From a virus: 42,488 nucleotides of DNA. The notes beneath the pieces were generated by a model. It had not been told where the DNA came from and searched no databases. It saw only the letters and a program-made list of their open reading frames with translations. Each line of letters opens with the position of its first letter. Position 1 is the stretch's first letter. The stretch is taken from positions 1-42,488 of IMG/VR virus record IMGVR_UViG_3300002460_000010. One strand, given 5' to 3'. Shown one piece after another: positions 1-8,946 of the stretch. Position numbers and translations under genes: made by a program.

Positions 1-52
1 ATTAACACCCCTCTGATATGGGTCTAAACCATCTGGTCACGTAAAAGAGGAA
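1..52. repeat. 52-bp terminal direct repeat, copy 1 (identical to 42437..42488); circular-assembly overlap or short DTR
   Basis: attaacacccctctgatatgggtctaaaccatctggtcacgtaaaagaggaa occurs at both extreme ends of the window. Confidence 0.95.
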
Positions 53-81
53 AGTCACTCAAGACTATAAAATGGAAATGT

Positions 82-744
82 ATGGGATTTTTACAAGACG
101 AAGAAGTCAAAGTGGAATCTGAAACCACTGAAAAAACAGAGGAAGCTCCGGTTGAGAGCGAGGTGAAAACACCTGAAGAACAACCAAAAGAGGAAGAGGT
201 TAAGTCTGAGGAAGTGCCAGCGTCCTTCCAAAAAAGGATTGATGAGCTTACTTACAAGTATAAATCTGAGCGTGAAGCAAGAGTTAAACTTGATGAGGAG
301 CTTAAAAAATCCCGGCAAAACCCCGCTCAGCCCACTTCGGAAGAAGAAAAGCGTGAGCAAAGCGCCCGTGAGTATCTTCGGAACCTTTTAAAAGAAGAAC
401 TTGCCGCCACCAAATCTCAAGAAGAAGAGGAAGACAGAAAGTTAAATGAAGAGTTGGATCACGTATCTGCTCTTTATCCCGATTTTAAAAGAGAAGATGT
501 TTTAAAAGTAATGGAGAAGTTCGGCATAGATAATGTTGAAAAGGCTTATCTGGCTTCTAAAGAAATGAATCGAGTAGTTGAAGAAACGAAAGAGAAAACT
601 AAGAAAGAAGTTCTGTCTAAGCCAAAATCTCCGTCATCTGTTAAAACCGTGGATGGACCGGCCACTAAGTTTTCCGATAAGGATATTAGTGAATTGTCCA
701 TGCAGGAACTTGCGGAGCGAGCGAAACAAGAAGCTGGATTTTAG
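82..744 (+). CDS. putative capsid scaffolding protein
   Basis: 220-aa Glu/Lys-rich ORF with coiled-coil-like composition. It lies between portal (across the circular junction) and the capsid gene, the classic scaffold position. No SD upstream of ATG 82. Confidence 0.5.
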   Translation: MGFLQDEEVKVESETTEKTEEAPVESEVKTPEEQPKEEEVKSEEVPASFQKRIDELTYKYKSEREARVKLDEELKKSRQNPAQPTSEEEKREQSAREYLRNLLKEELAATKSQEEEEDRKLNEELDHVSALYPDFKREDVLKVMEKFGIDNVEKAYLASKEMNRVVEETKEKTKKEVLSKPKSPSSVKTVDGPATKFSDKDISELSMQELAERAKQEAGF

Positions 745-762
745 TTAACAGGAGGCAATAAC

Positions 763-1782
763 ATGGCAAGACCAGTATCAGCATTTAGCGATTTTGTCCT
801 GTCTGTTACAAATCAAACCTACGTAAAGAAAGTGGTTGACAACATTCTTAATGGTAACTTTGGATTAATGAGATTTCTCAGTAATTCACAGCCTTGGAAT
901 GGCGGCGATCAGATTCTTATGCCCATCAAAATACAGAAGGGCACATCAAATGGTTCTTATTCCGGTTTAGATACTTTGAGCACAGCTCAGACTTCTGACC
1001 GAATATTAGCGGCTATTGACACCAGACAGTATTACGCTTCAGTCGTAATCTCAGGTATTCAACAGGCCGTGAACTCAGGCGATGGACGTGTGTTGGATTT
1101 GTTAGCAACAGAGATGGAATCAAAAGCGGCAGATTTGAAAGACACAATGGGAGATGGTTTCTATTCAGACGGAACAGGCAATTCCAACAAGGATATTGTC
1201 GGTCTCCGGGCTGCGGTAGACGATTCAACTTTTGTGACGACTTATGAGGGTATTTCTCGTGCAACTTACACCCAGTGGAGGTCAACTATTACCAGCGACG
1301 CTACGGTAACTCTTCCTGACTTTGCTACGGACTTTAACGCAGCTAAGGTTGGAGCGGAAGATCCTACTCTTATGTTAAGTACTCCAGCAATCTTCAACAT
1401 TTATGAAGCATTGATGGACCAGGATGTAAGATATAACCTTTCCTTTACCGGTTATGACCAGATTTATGGAAAAGGACTTCCGAGAAAGAGCGGCAATCTC
1501 GCACAGGGACAGGGCTTTAACTCTCTGTACTTCCGAGGTATTCCGTTCGTAGCTGACGAGAAATGTACAACCGGACGCTTGTACACCTTGAATGAGAATC
1601 ATATTTTCTTCAAGACATTTAGAAAGCATCCTAAACACAACGCAGAGAAGCACGGCTTCTTCTGGACCGGTTTGAAAGAACCCGTTAACCAGGATGGAGA
1701 TGTGGGTCAATTTCTGTGGTATGGAAACTTAGCCTCTGATGGACCGAGATTCTCGGCTCTCAGATACTCTATAACTGGCTAA
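763..1782 (+). CDS. putative major capsid protein (HK97-fold type)
   Basis: 339 aa with AGGAGG 7 nt upstream of the ATG, directly after the scaffold-like ORF. Size and composition fit tailed-phage major capsid proteins. Called by synteny and general resemblance, not a verified alignment. Confidence 0.65.
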   Translation: MARPVSAFSDFVLSVTNQTYVKKVVDNILNGNFGLMRFLSNSQPWNGGDQILMPIKIQKGTSNGSYSGLDTLSTAQTSDRILAAIDTRQYYASVVISGIQQAVNSGDGRVLDLLATEMESKAADLKDTMGDGFYSDGTGNSNKDIVGLRAAVDDSTFVTTYEGISRATYTQWRSTITSDATVTLPDFATDFNAAKVGAEDPTLMLSTPAIFNIYEALMDQDVRYNLSFTGYDQIYGKGLPRKSGNLAQGQGFNSLYFRGIPFVADEKCTTGRLYTLNENHIFFKTFRKHPKHNAEKHGFFWTGLKEPVNQDGDVGQFLWYGNLASDGPRFSALRYSITG

Positions 1783-1811
1783 TTATAGCTAGATAATAAG
1801 GAGGTAAAATT

Positions 1812-2558
1812 ATGCCAAGTATAACAGGACCAAAATTTCTCACGGGTAGTGAGATTAGAGATGCAGGAACTACTCAGGATGTTGTCGGAGTATTAGGCTC
1901 ACGAGCTGAAACTGCTGATGGACGAGTTTTCCGAGCGATGGAAGTAGGCGGGGTGGCCCTTACAAGAGGTAATCTTTTGCAGGGACCGGCTAACGAAGCC
2001 AACCATATCAACCAAGTAGTTGGTGATGCGGCCGCGGTCAACGATATGTTTATTAACGTAGACCTCGGAGCAACGGCTTTAACCGCTAATCAGTACGGCG
2101 ACGGATTCATTGTCATAAATGATGCGGCCGGAGAAGGTATCGCTTACCATGTAGGCGGCCATGCTGCAGCTTCTCTTTCGGCAACTTCAGTAAGAATAAA
2201 TCTTACCGAAGGAGTCCAGGTAGCTCTTACTGCAGATACTTCTGAATATTCTCTTCATTCAATCTGGAGAGACGTAATTCAGAATCCTACGACCTCTACC
2301 AATATGGTAGTCGGTGTTGCTGACTTTGCTTATGCAATTAATGATTACATTTGGGGACAAGTCCTCGGAGTAGTCTCGGTTTTGCAGGAAGCAACTTCGG
2401 CTAATACCGTCATTGATGGTGGAGTCGTAGGTTCGGACACTACGGCCGGAGCTGTTGAGAACACCGCTAACGGAGTTACTACGCACCAAGAAATTGGTAA
2501 AGCGATAGTGGCTAACGTAGATGGTGAGCATAACGGCATTTGGTTGTCAGTCAATTAA
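1812..2558 (+). CDS. hypothetical head-associated protein (possible decoration/auxiliary capsid protein)
   Basis: 248 aa, Gly/Ala/Val/Thr-rich, strong SD (taaggaggtaaaattATG), immediately downstream of the capsid gene. Confidence 0.35.
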   Translation: MPSITGPKFLTGSEIRDAGTTQDVVGVLGSRAETADGRVFRAMEVGGVALTRGNLLQGPANEANHINQVVGDAAAVNDMFINVDLGATALTANQYGDGFIVINDAAGEGIAYHVGGHAAASLSATSVRINLTEGVQVALTADTSEYSLHSIWRDVIQNPTTSTNMVVGVADFAYAINDYIWGQVLGVVSVLQEATSANTVIDGGVVGSDTTAGAVENTANGVTTHQEIGKAIVANVDGEHNGIWLSVN

Positions 2559-2582
2559 CAATTAAATAAAGGAGGAAAGATA

Positions 2583-2927
2583 ATGGCAATTAACGAAGCG
2601 ATAAAGTTTTATAATCCCACCGATGAGAATTATGTAGGCACTTGGGATGGTGAGTCCTACGATATACCTGCCAAATCAACAAAATATTTCGCAATTCATA
2701 TTGCGGAACACTTTGCCAAGCATTTGGTAAACAAGATCTTATTAAATCAATTTGATGAGCTTTGTAAAAAGCACTCAAAATCTGATAAGGATCTTTTAAA
2801 AACTTGTAAGAATTGCAAATTGCGTTCGGACAAGTTAGGAAGTTTCTATGAGGCTCCCGAAAGGAAAGAACTCTTAGAACAAATTTTGCCGAAAGACGTT
2901 CCTCAAGAACCGAAAGCGGCGGAATAG
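2583..2927 (+). CDS. hypothetical protein
   Basis: 114-aa ORF with SD aaaggaggaaagataATG, inside the head module. Confidence 0.6.
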   Translation: MAINEAIKFYNPTDENYVGTWDGESYDIPAKSTKYFAIHIAEHFAKHLVNKILLNQFDELCKKHSKSDKDLLKTCKNCKLRSDKLGSFYEAPERKELLEQILPKDVPQEPKAAE

Positions 2928-2937
2928 TCAGGCTCTT

Positions 2938-3021
2938 AGGGGCCTGAACTGAGATTGGAATAAAGGAATCTAAGATCCTCCTCTTAGTAGTAGTTTTATC
3001 CCAATCTCTACTCAGGCCCCT
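2938..3021 (+). promoter_or_regulatory. long imperfect RNA hairpin (10 bp + 3x3 internal loop + 8 bp, 42-nt apical region); possible RNA processing or 3'-stabilising site
   Basis: aggggcctgaactgagattgg (2938..2958) pairs with ccaatctctactcaggcccct (3001..3021). No U-tract follows, so it is not a canonical terminator. It sits in a 147-nt gap after the head genes. Confidence 0.5.
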
Positions 3022-3074
3022 TGGATAATCAGGTGAGTTGCTCAATATAACGTAGCGACTGGCCTTAAAAACTA

Positions 3075-3455
3075 ATGGCAAAACAATTTGGCGAGAATAT
3101 TGCGAAAAGAGTACGGCAAGGCGTTGTTATTGTTACATCCGGAGAATGGCGTTTGCTGGTCTCCAGTGGTAGCACTAATTATCCTGACCGGACTCATGTT
3201 CGTTTGCAAGCGAAAGGAAAAGTTGGAAATACGGTAGCAGTTGAATATATTAACGGCACGACTATAAATGGCGTTGATTATACTTTTGCTTCTTCTTCAA
3301 CTCTTCCGGGCAGTGTTAAAAATAGTACGCAGTTTCGGGGCACTTCAACGTGGGTCGAACCGGTAGGAGATAAAGTACAAATTTGGGCTCGTATGGACAA
3401 CAAGGCCGCTGCAACGGAAAATTCCGTTAAGGTCGTTGTCACCGAGTTCGCATAA
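3075..3455 (+). CDS. hypothetical beta-rich protein (possible virion protein)
   Basis: 126-aa ORF in the structural operon. Its stop lies 2 nt before the ATG of the Ser/Thr ORF. Confidence 0.5.
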   Translation: MAKQFGENIAKRVRQGVVIVTSGEWRLLVSSGSTNYPDRTHVRLQAKGKVGNTVAVEYINGTTINGVDYTFASSSTLPGSVKNSTQFRGTSTWVEPVGDKVQIWARMDNKAAATENSVKVVVTEFA

Positions 3456-3457
3456 AT

Positions 3458-3667
3458 ATGGCAGAATTTGCATTTGAAAACGAAACAACTCTTACCTGGA
3501 CTTCCACGTCTAGCTCCACTTCAACTTCGTCTACGACCTCAACTACGACTTCAACTAGTTCTACGACTAGCACTTCGTCTACGACTTCAACTACGACCTC
3601 AACGTCTTCCAGTACTTCGACTTCAACCAGTACTTCCAGTTCTTCAACTACAACGATGGCAGCATAG
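3458..3667 (+). CDS. 69-aa protein that is almost entirely Ser/Thr (residues 15-66 contain only S and T)
   Basis: Sequence is MAEFAFENETTLTW + 52 S/T residues + MAA. Codons are varied (tca/tcg/tct/tcc/agt/agc, act/acg/acc/aca), so it is not a simple DNA microsatellite. It shares a 21-residue S/T pattern with the tail of 10760..11908. No SD; stop-start coupled to the upstream ORF. Confidence 0.5.
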   Translation: MAEFAFENETTLTWTSTSSSTSTSSTTSTTTSTSSTTSTSSTTSTTTSTSSSTSTSTSTSSSSTTTMAA

Positions 3668-3668
3668 T

Positions 3669-4157
3669 ATGGATAAAGAATTTTGGAATATAACCTGGAG
3701 TAAGAGATACGAGAGATATAACCGCCATCATCAGGAGATATGGAGCTACCTGCATTCTCTTGATGTCTGGCGGGGCAATATAGTTGATTTAGGATGCGGT
3801 CCGTGTGTGATGTATGAAGGTAAGACTGTTTCACTAATTGGTGTCGATTGGTCGGTTGAGGCTCTGAAGCAAGCCAGAATACACTATCCTTATGGAGTAT
3901 ATATTCAAGGCGATGCTTCAAATACGGGGCTTCCTACTGGCCAATTCGATACCGTAGTGAGCTGTGGATTACTTGATTATTTTAATGACTGGAATCCTGT
4001 TATAATAGAGGCAAAGAGATTATTAAAACCTGGCGGGAAATTCTACGCGACTTTATTGCAAGGTTTTAATAATCACGACTGGTCAAGTTATCCACATATT
4101 GTGGGTAATTGGCACCTTGCCGTGTTTTCTAAGGAGGATGTCAACTTTAGAGAATAG
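3669..4157 (+). CDS. class I SAM-dependent methyltransferase
   Basis: Uses internal ATG 3669 of track ORF 3468..4157; the upstream part of that ORF is the out-of-frame read of the S/T tract. Motif I 'VDLGCGPC', then 'LKPGGKFY'. Confidence 0.7.
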   Translation: MDKEFWNITWSKRYERYNRHHQEIWSYLHSLDVWRGNIVDLGCGPCVMYEGKTVSLIGVDWSVEALKQARIHYPYGVYIQGDASNTGLPTGQFDTVVSCGLLDYFNDWNPVIIEAKRLLKPGGKFYATLLQGFNNHDWSSYPHIVGNWHLAVFSKEDVNFRE

Positions 4158-5007
4158 GATTAGGAATGAGGCCGCTAAATTAGATGGTGTGCCCTTGGCT
4201 TTGTCGGGTGGCGTGGACAGCAGTTTATTAGCGGTTCTTATAAGGCCTAAGTTCGCTATCTCTGTACAATTACCGGGGGATGAAAAATATAATGAGATTC
4301 AATACTCTACTTTAGTGGCGCAACACGTAGGTATAAAACAAGTTATTGTTGAATTGGATGAAAGTAAGTTTGATGAAGATGTAGCAATGGCGGTAAAAGC
4401 TATCGGCAGACCAATCCCCCATTTTAATATTTTCCCGCTTTTTCAGATGTATAAGAAACTGGCCGAGATGGGCGAGACTAAACTGGTTGTAGGAGACGGA
4501 CCCGACGAAATTATGTGCGGGTATGGAAGAGATTTAATCTTTAATTATTTGTATAAAGTTTATGAATTTGAAGCATTTAAAAACTATAAACCCTTGATAG
4601 ATAAATTACTTATTCCTCAAGCGTTAGCAGTTAGAGCTGTGACCAATATGGATGTAGACACGATAATAGAAGCTAATATCTTAATGAGAAAAGATATGGA
4701 CGATATGAGCAACGGTATTGCTAAACATTTCGGCATTACTAACTTCCGCCCTTATCAGGACAATCCTGAGCTTGATAACTTTATGAAAGATTTGCCGGAC
4801 GGGCAAAAAATCAAGGATGTAGAGTTTGGTAAATATGCCCTCAGAGAAATTGCCGCTAAGTACTTACCTCACGAGATTGCTTGGAGAAAGAAGAAGGTTG
4901 GCGGACCGGTCTTTCCTGTAAATATTTTTAAAGGTTGGACGGAAACTGACGGAGAGTTCGGTAAATCTAAGTGGATGGAATATCAAGAAGCTATTTTAAA
5001 TGGATAA
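4138..5007 (+). CDS. asparagine-synthetase-like PP-loop ATP pyrophosphatase (amidotransferase synthetase domain only)
   Basis: 'LALSGGVDSS' is the SGGxDS PP-loop in AsnB-type context. There is no N-terminal glutaminase domain. ATG 4138 preferred over the track's TTG 4099. Confidence 0.65.
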   Translation: MSTLENRIRNEAAKLDGVPLALSGGVDSSLLAVLIRPKFAISVQLPGDEKYNEIQYSTLVAQHVGIKQVIVELDESKFDEDVAMAVKAIGRPIPHFNIFPLFQMYKKLAEMGETKLVVGDGPDEIMCGYGRDLIFNYLYKVYEFEAFKNYKPLIDKLLIPQALAVRAVTNMDVDTIIEANILMRKDMDDMSNGIAKHFGITNFRPYQDNPELDNFMKDLPDGQKIKDVEFGKYALREIAAKYLPHEIAWRKKKVGGPVFPVNIFKGWTETDGEFGKSKWMEYQEAILNG

Positions 5008-5704
5008 AATTAGCATCATAATGACCCATTGGGCCCAGGATTCATTAAGATCCCACACTTTGCGTATTTGTCTTGAGTCTCTGATAAGAACTACGAGACA
5101 TCTGCTGGTGGAGATTATTGTAATTGATAATGGAGGCAGTATAGAAGATTCAAACTATTTATTAAATCTTTGCCATGAAAATAAGATTCAATTCTATCTT
5201 AGAAACTCTGCGAATTTATACTTTGGTTTTGCTCGAAATCTTGGGGTTGATATTTCTATTGGTAATTTTGTGGTATTTTCTGATAATGATATTGAGTATT
5301 ATCCTGGTTGGCTTGATAAATGTGTTCAGGTCTTAAATGCTTATCCTGATAGAAAGATAGCGATTACACCCTTAAGAACAGATAAAGTTCACCGTAAGGA
5401 TAATCATTATTTTGGAGAGCTTACATTGGGCGAGGAGAGGTTTCCCCTGAATATCCGAGCCGGTTCTAATTCGTGGGTTATTAGAAGAAAGGATTTTGAT
5501 GTAATAGGTAAGTTTTTAAATCACCGTGTAGCCGGAACTAAATGGACTGATAAATTTGTTAGGGACGGCTATTTAATGGCTACAATGGATTATTCACCCC
5601 TTGCTGCTGATATGGGTTATTCTTACGGGTATAATTTTACGGAGCAGGTTATTTTAAAGAGACAATTTGCTGACGGTAGTGAGGTAATTATTAATGAAAC
5701 ATGA
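5000..5704 (+). CDS. glycosyltransferase family 2 (GT-A fold)
   Basis: 'EIIVIDNGGS', 'FGFARNLG', 'FSDNDIEY' (DxD). Confidence 0.75.
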   Translation: MDKISIIMTHWAQDSLRSHTLRICLESLIRTTRHLLVEIIVIDNGGSIEDSNYLLNLCHENKIQFYLRNSANLYFGFARNLGVDISIGNFVVFSDNDIEYYPGWLDKCVQVLNAYPDRKIAITPLRTDKVHRKDNHYFGELTLGEERFPLNIRAGSNSWVIRRKDFDVIGKFLNHRVAGTKWTDKFVRDGYLMATMDYSPLAADMGYSYGYNFTEQVILKRQFADGSEVIINET

Positions 5705-6165
5705 AGTTAAGTATAGGTTCTGGTCGTAAAAGTTACCCAGGATACAAAACCATAGATGTAGAATCCTACGCTAATCCTGACTATTTAGGAGATTTTAGAA
5801 CGATGTCTTTCTCAGACTTAGACGAAATAAGAGCCCATCACTTACTGGAACACTTTAGCCGACAGGAAGGAGAGAAAGTAATAAAACTATGGTATTCTTG
5901 GTTAAAAACAGACGGCATGTTGATAGTTGAGACTCCTGATTTTGAAGGAATATGCGATAATTTTAGGAAGGATAAGTACTGGATGACTAGGCATGCTTAT
6001 GGTTCTCAGGAGGCGGAATGGGCCTATCATCGGGATGGTTGGTATCAAGAGAAGTTTGAGTTTATTCTACCAAAACTAGGTTTTAATATTATAGAAATAA
6101 GAAAATCGGTATCTCGCAAGATACTGCCGAATATAACGGTAATTGCTAAAAAATATGAAATATAA
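5701..6165 (+). CDS. class I SAM-dependent methyltransferase (Methyltransf_11/23-like)
   Basis: 'LSIGSG' glycine loop, 'HHLLEHF', '[12 protein letters not shown]'. ATGA-type overlap with the upstream GT. Confidence 0.6.
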   Translation: MKLSIGSGRKSYPGYKTIDVESYANPDYLGDFRTMSFSDLDEIRAHHLLEHFSRQEGEKVIKLWYSWLKTDGMLIVETPDFEGICDNFRKDKYWMTRHAYGSQEAEWAYHRDGWYQEKFEFILPKLGFNIIEIRKSVSRKILPNITVIAKKYEI

Positions 6166-7087
6166 AAAAGTATTAGTTACGGGTGGAGCGGGTTTTCTCG
6201 GCTCTATTGTGGTGGAAAAACTTATAAAAAGAGGAGTGCTTAAAAAGAATATTCTAATCCCCCGTTCTAAAAATATGGATTTAAGGAAATGGGAGAATTG
6301 TGTTAAGGCGGTTAAGGGTCGGGATTTGGTAATTCATTTAGCCGGTGATGTGGGCGGGATAGGGTATAATAGGGAGAACCCCGGTTCAATGGTTTTTAAT
6401 AATTTGATGATGGGGATTCAATTAATGGAGACGGCTAGGCAGGCAAAAGTTAAGAAATTTGTAACAGTCGGGACTATCTGTGGATATCCTAAGTTTACTC
6501 CCGTTCCTTTCAAAGAAAAAGATTTTTGGAATGGGTATCCCGAAGAGACTAATGCTCCTTATGGTTTAGCTAAGAAAATGTTATTAGTTCAAGGTCAGGC
6601 TTACCGGCAACAATATGGTTTTAATTCTATTTATCTTATTCCCGTTAATCTTTATGGGCCGGGAGATAACTTTGATCCAGCTTCTTCTCATGTTATTCCG
6701 GCTCTTATCAGAAAGGTTGATAAGGCTATTAAGAATAAGGATAAATATATAGAAGTTTGGGGTGACGGCAGCGCTTCCAGGGAATTTTTGTATGTTGATG
6801 ACGCGGCTGAGGGGATTGTTTTAGCTGCCGAGAAATACAATAAATCGGAACCTATAAATTTAGGAGTAGGTTCAGAGATTACTATTAAAAAATTGGTTAC
6901 TCTGATTTGTCATTTAATGTCGTTTAAAGGAAAGATAAAATGGGACAAGTCAAAACCTAACGGTCAGCCCCGCAGAGTGCTGGATATTTCCAGGGCTAAG
7001 AAAGAATTTGGGTTTGAGGCTAAGCAGAATTTGATAATAGGGTTGTATAATACTATTAAGAAATACCATGAAATATACGGGAAATAA
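6155..7087 (+). CDS. fcl: GDP-L-fucose synthase-like NAD(P)-dependent epimerase/reductase
   Basis: '[13 protein letters not shown]' Rossmann loop, 'NAPYGLAKK' (YxxxK), and '[23 protein letters not shown]', which closely matches the conserved Fcl/WcaG/GMER block. ATG 6155 preferred over TTG 6143. Confidence 0.75.
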   Translation: MKYKKVLVTGGAGFLGSIVVEKLIKRGVLKKNILIPRSKNMDLRKWENCVKAVKGRDLVIHLAGDVGGIGYNRENPGSMVFNNLMMGIQLMETARQAKVKKFVTVGTICGYPKFTPVPFKEKDFWNGYPEETNAPYGLAKKMLLVQGQAYRQQYGFNSIYLIPVNLYGPGDNFDPASSHVIPALIRKVDKAIKNKDKYIEVWGDGSASREFLYVDDAAEGIVLAAEKYNKSEPINLGVGSEITIKKLVTLICHLMSFKGKIKWDKSKPNGQPRRVLDISRAKKEFGFEAKQNLIIGLYNTIKKYHEIYGK

Positions 7088-7610
7088 TAGCCCTGATTAC
7101 TGGGACAATAGTTGGAGGAATAATGTGAAGAAATTTCCAAGATATACAATGAACCGGGTTTTTGGGTTAATTCCTGATAATGTTTCGGTGCTGGATATAG
7201 GTTCCGGTGATGGCACTTTTTTAAAAAGATTACAGACTAAGAAAAATTGTCAGGTCTATGGTATTGATATTTCTTTTATCGGCATTGAGAAAGGTAAGAA
7301 TATTGGAGTTCCCGGAGAGGTGAGAAGCGCGGAAGAAATGGATGATTTTGATAAAGAAGCCGATGTGGTTATTTGCAGTCACCTATTGGAACACGTCGGA
7401 GATGACAAGGGGGTGGTAAGAAATATTGCCAGACTGGCTAAGCAATTTGCTGTTATAGCTGTCCCTAATAATTGTTCTTATCCGGAAGAGACGGGAGAAC
7501 ACGTCAGGAAGTATACTAAAGAATCATTGAAAGAACTACTTTCGGGTTTCTTTCGGGTGGTGGAAAATCACACTCTCGGTAATCACTTAATATTCAAATG
7601 TCTAAAATAG
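7068..7610 (+). CDS. class I SAM-dependent methyltransferase
   Basis: '[11 protein letters not shown]' motif I, '[11 protein letters not shown]'. Confidence 0.7.
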   Translation: MKYTGNNSPDYWDNSWRNNVKKFPRYTMNRVFGLIPDNVSVLDIGSGDGTFLKRLQTKKNCQVYGIDISFIGIEKGKNIGVPGEVRSAEEMDDFDKEADVVICSHLLEHVGDDKGVVRNIARLAKQFAVIAVPNNCSYPEETGEHVRKYTKESLKELLSGFFRVVENHTLGNHLIFKCLK

Positions 7611-8278
7611 TTTCACACACTCTTTGTCGGAACGGCCAACCCTTTATAGGAGAGGTTCTTAAAGCTGCTCTACCGATTGTGGATAGAATGATAATAACCA
7701 TTTCTAAGCGGTCAAATGACGGGACAAGGGGGGTTATAGAGGCCCTGAATAGCCCTAAGATTGAGCTATACGAGGAGGAAGTCAGTAATCTTGGCTTGCT
7801 TACCCAAGAACGTCAAAAACAGGTAGATATGACCGATAAAGGTGATATAATCTGGTTTTTAGATGATGATGATTTTTGGCAAGAAGAACACGCCAGGGCT
7901 TGTATTGGAGTGTTGCAAACTAATGATTTTGATGCAGTCAGTGTCAATCCTTATCAGGTGATTGGGAAAAATATGCAAGATGCAAACTGGATCAGTAGGA
8001 AATATTTTACTAAATTCTTTAAGAATGTGGATATTAATTACAGGCATCCCTGGCCCAGAGATATAATATTTAAGGGCGACCAGCATCTTTATTGGAAAGT
8101 TAACAGGAGAAACCCAAGAGTGCCGTTTAAGTTTTTTCACCTTGCTGAAGTAAAGGGGCATTCTTTCAGGAATTATGAACTAAAGGATTTCAAATATCCT
8201 GATGTTAAACCCACTTCTTTAGTGGCAGAATTACCTAAGCCAATATATGAAATTCTCAATAATCGCGCCAATATTTAA
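7598..8278 (+). CDS. putative glycosyltransferase (GT-A-like)
   Basis: 'RMIITISKRSNDGT' and acidic 'IIWFLDDDDFW' (DxD-like). Resemblance is weaker than for its neighbours. Confidence 0.45.
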   Translation: MSKIVSHTLCRNGQPFIGEVLKAALPIVDRMIITISKRSNDGTRGVIEALNSPKIELYEEEVSNLGLLTQERQKQVDMTDKGDIIWFLDDDDFWQEEHARACIGVLQTNDFDAVSVNPYQVIGKNMQDANWISRKYFTKFFKNVDINYRHPWPRDIIFKGDQHLYWKVNRRNPRVPFKFFHLAEVKGHSFRNYELKDFKYPDVKPTSLVAELPKPIYEILNNRANI

Positions 8279-8897
8279 CGAAGAGAAGTATATAAAAAGA
8301 ATGATAGATTCTGTTTTTGAGCAGGGAGTTGACTTTGAATTGATTTTAATGGATGGAGGCTCTACGGATAAGACACATGAAATTATTAATACTTATCATG
8401 ATCCCCGGCTCAAGTTGATAATTATGCCTCATAGATTTTGGAACGAAGAAGATAAAATAAACAGTGTCCAGACCAGGGCTAATATAGGGATATCTTTGGC
8501 CGAAGGGGATATATTCTTTTTGTCTTCGGGTCACGATTGGTTTTTCCCGGGAGCTTTGAAGATAGTAGAAAAAGAAATAGGAGACAGTATTTGGTTAATG
8601 GGCAGATTGGCAAAAGTTGATGAAAATGGTAGAATTGTTAAAAAGATAGCTAATATCCGTTATTCATGCGGTTTTATCAAGCTTGATTTTATCAGAAAAT
8701 ACGGCATAAAACTTGATATTTCCCTGGCTGCCGCGGATTATGACTTGTTTATGCAGGTTCGCAAGTATGCCGGAGAGCCTAAGAGAATTGAGGATTATTT
8801 ATATAAATATATGCTACATCCGTCGGCTTTGAGTAAAAAATTCAACGGAAGAATGAAGAGAGAAAGGAAGAAATTGGATTACCTGTATGGGGTTTGA
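8247..8897 (+). CDS. glycosyltransferase family 2
   Basis: 'FSIIAPIFNEEKYIKRMIDSV', 'ELILMDGGSTDKT'. Paralogous to the N-terminal half of 9422..10744. Confidence 0.7.
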   Translation: MKFSIIAPIFNEEKYIKRMIDSVFEQGVDFELILMDGGSTDKTHEIINTYHDPRLKLIIMPHRFWNEEDKINSVQTRANIGISLAEGDIFFLSSGHDWFFPGALKIVEKEIGDSIWLMGRLAKVDENGRIVKKIANIRYSCGFIKLDFIRKYGIKLDISLAAADYDLFMQVRKYAGEPKRIEDYLYKYMLHPSALSKKFNGRMKRERKKLDYLYGV

Positions 8898-8946
8898 TTT
8901 GATATAATAAATATGGTCGATTAATTAATTAAAGGAGGAAAATATA

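Noticed and set aside
3431-3460. Possible -1 frameshift fusing 3075..3455 to the S/T mini-ORF. The -1 frame is open from 3431, and both junction peptides contain EFA.
   Set aside because: There is no X_XXY_YYZ slippery heptamer or downstream pseudoknot in the 25-nt window. Simple stop-restart coupling (TAA-at-ATG) explains the arrangement.
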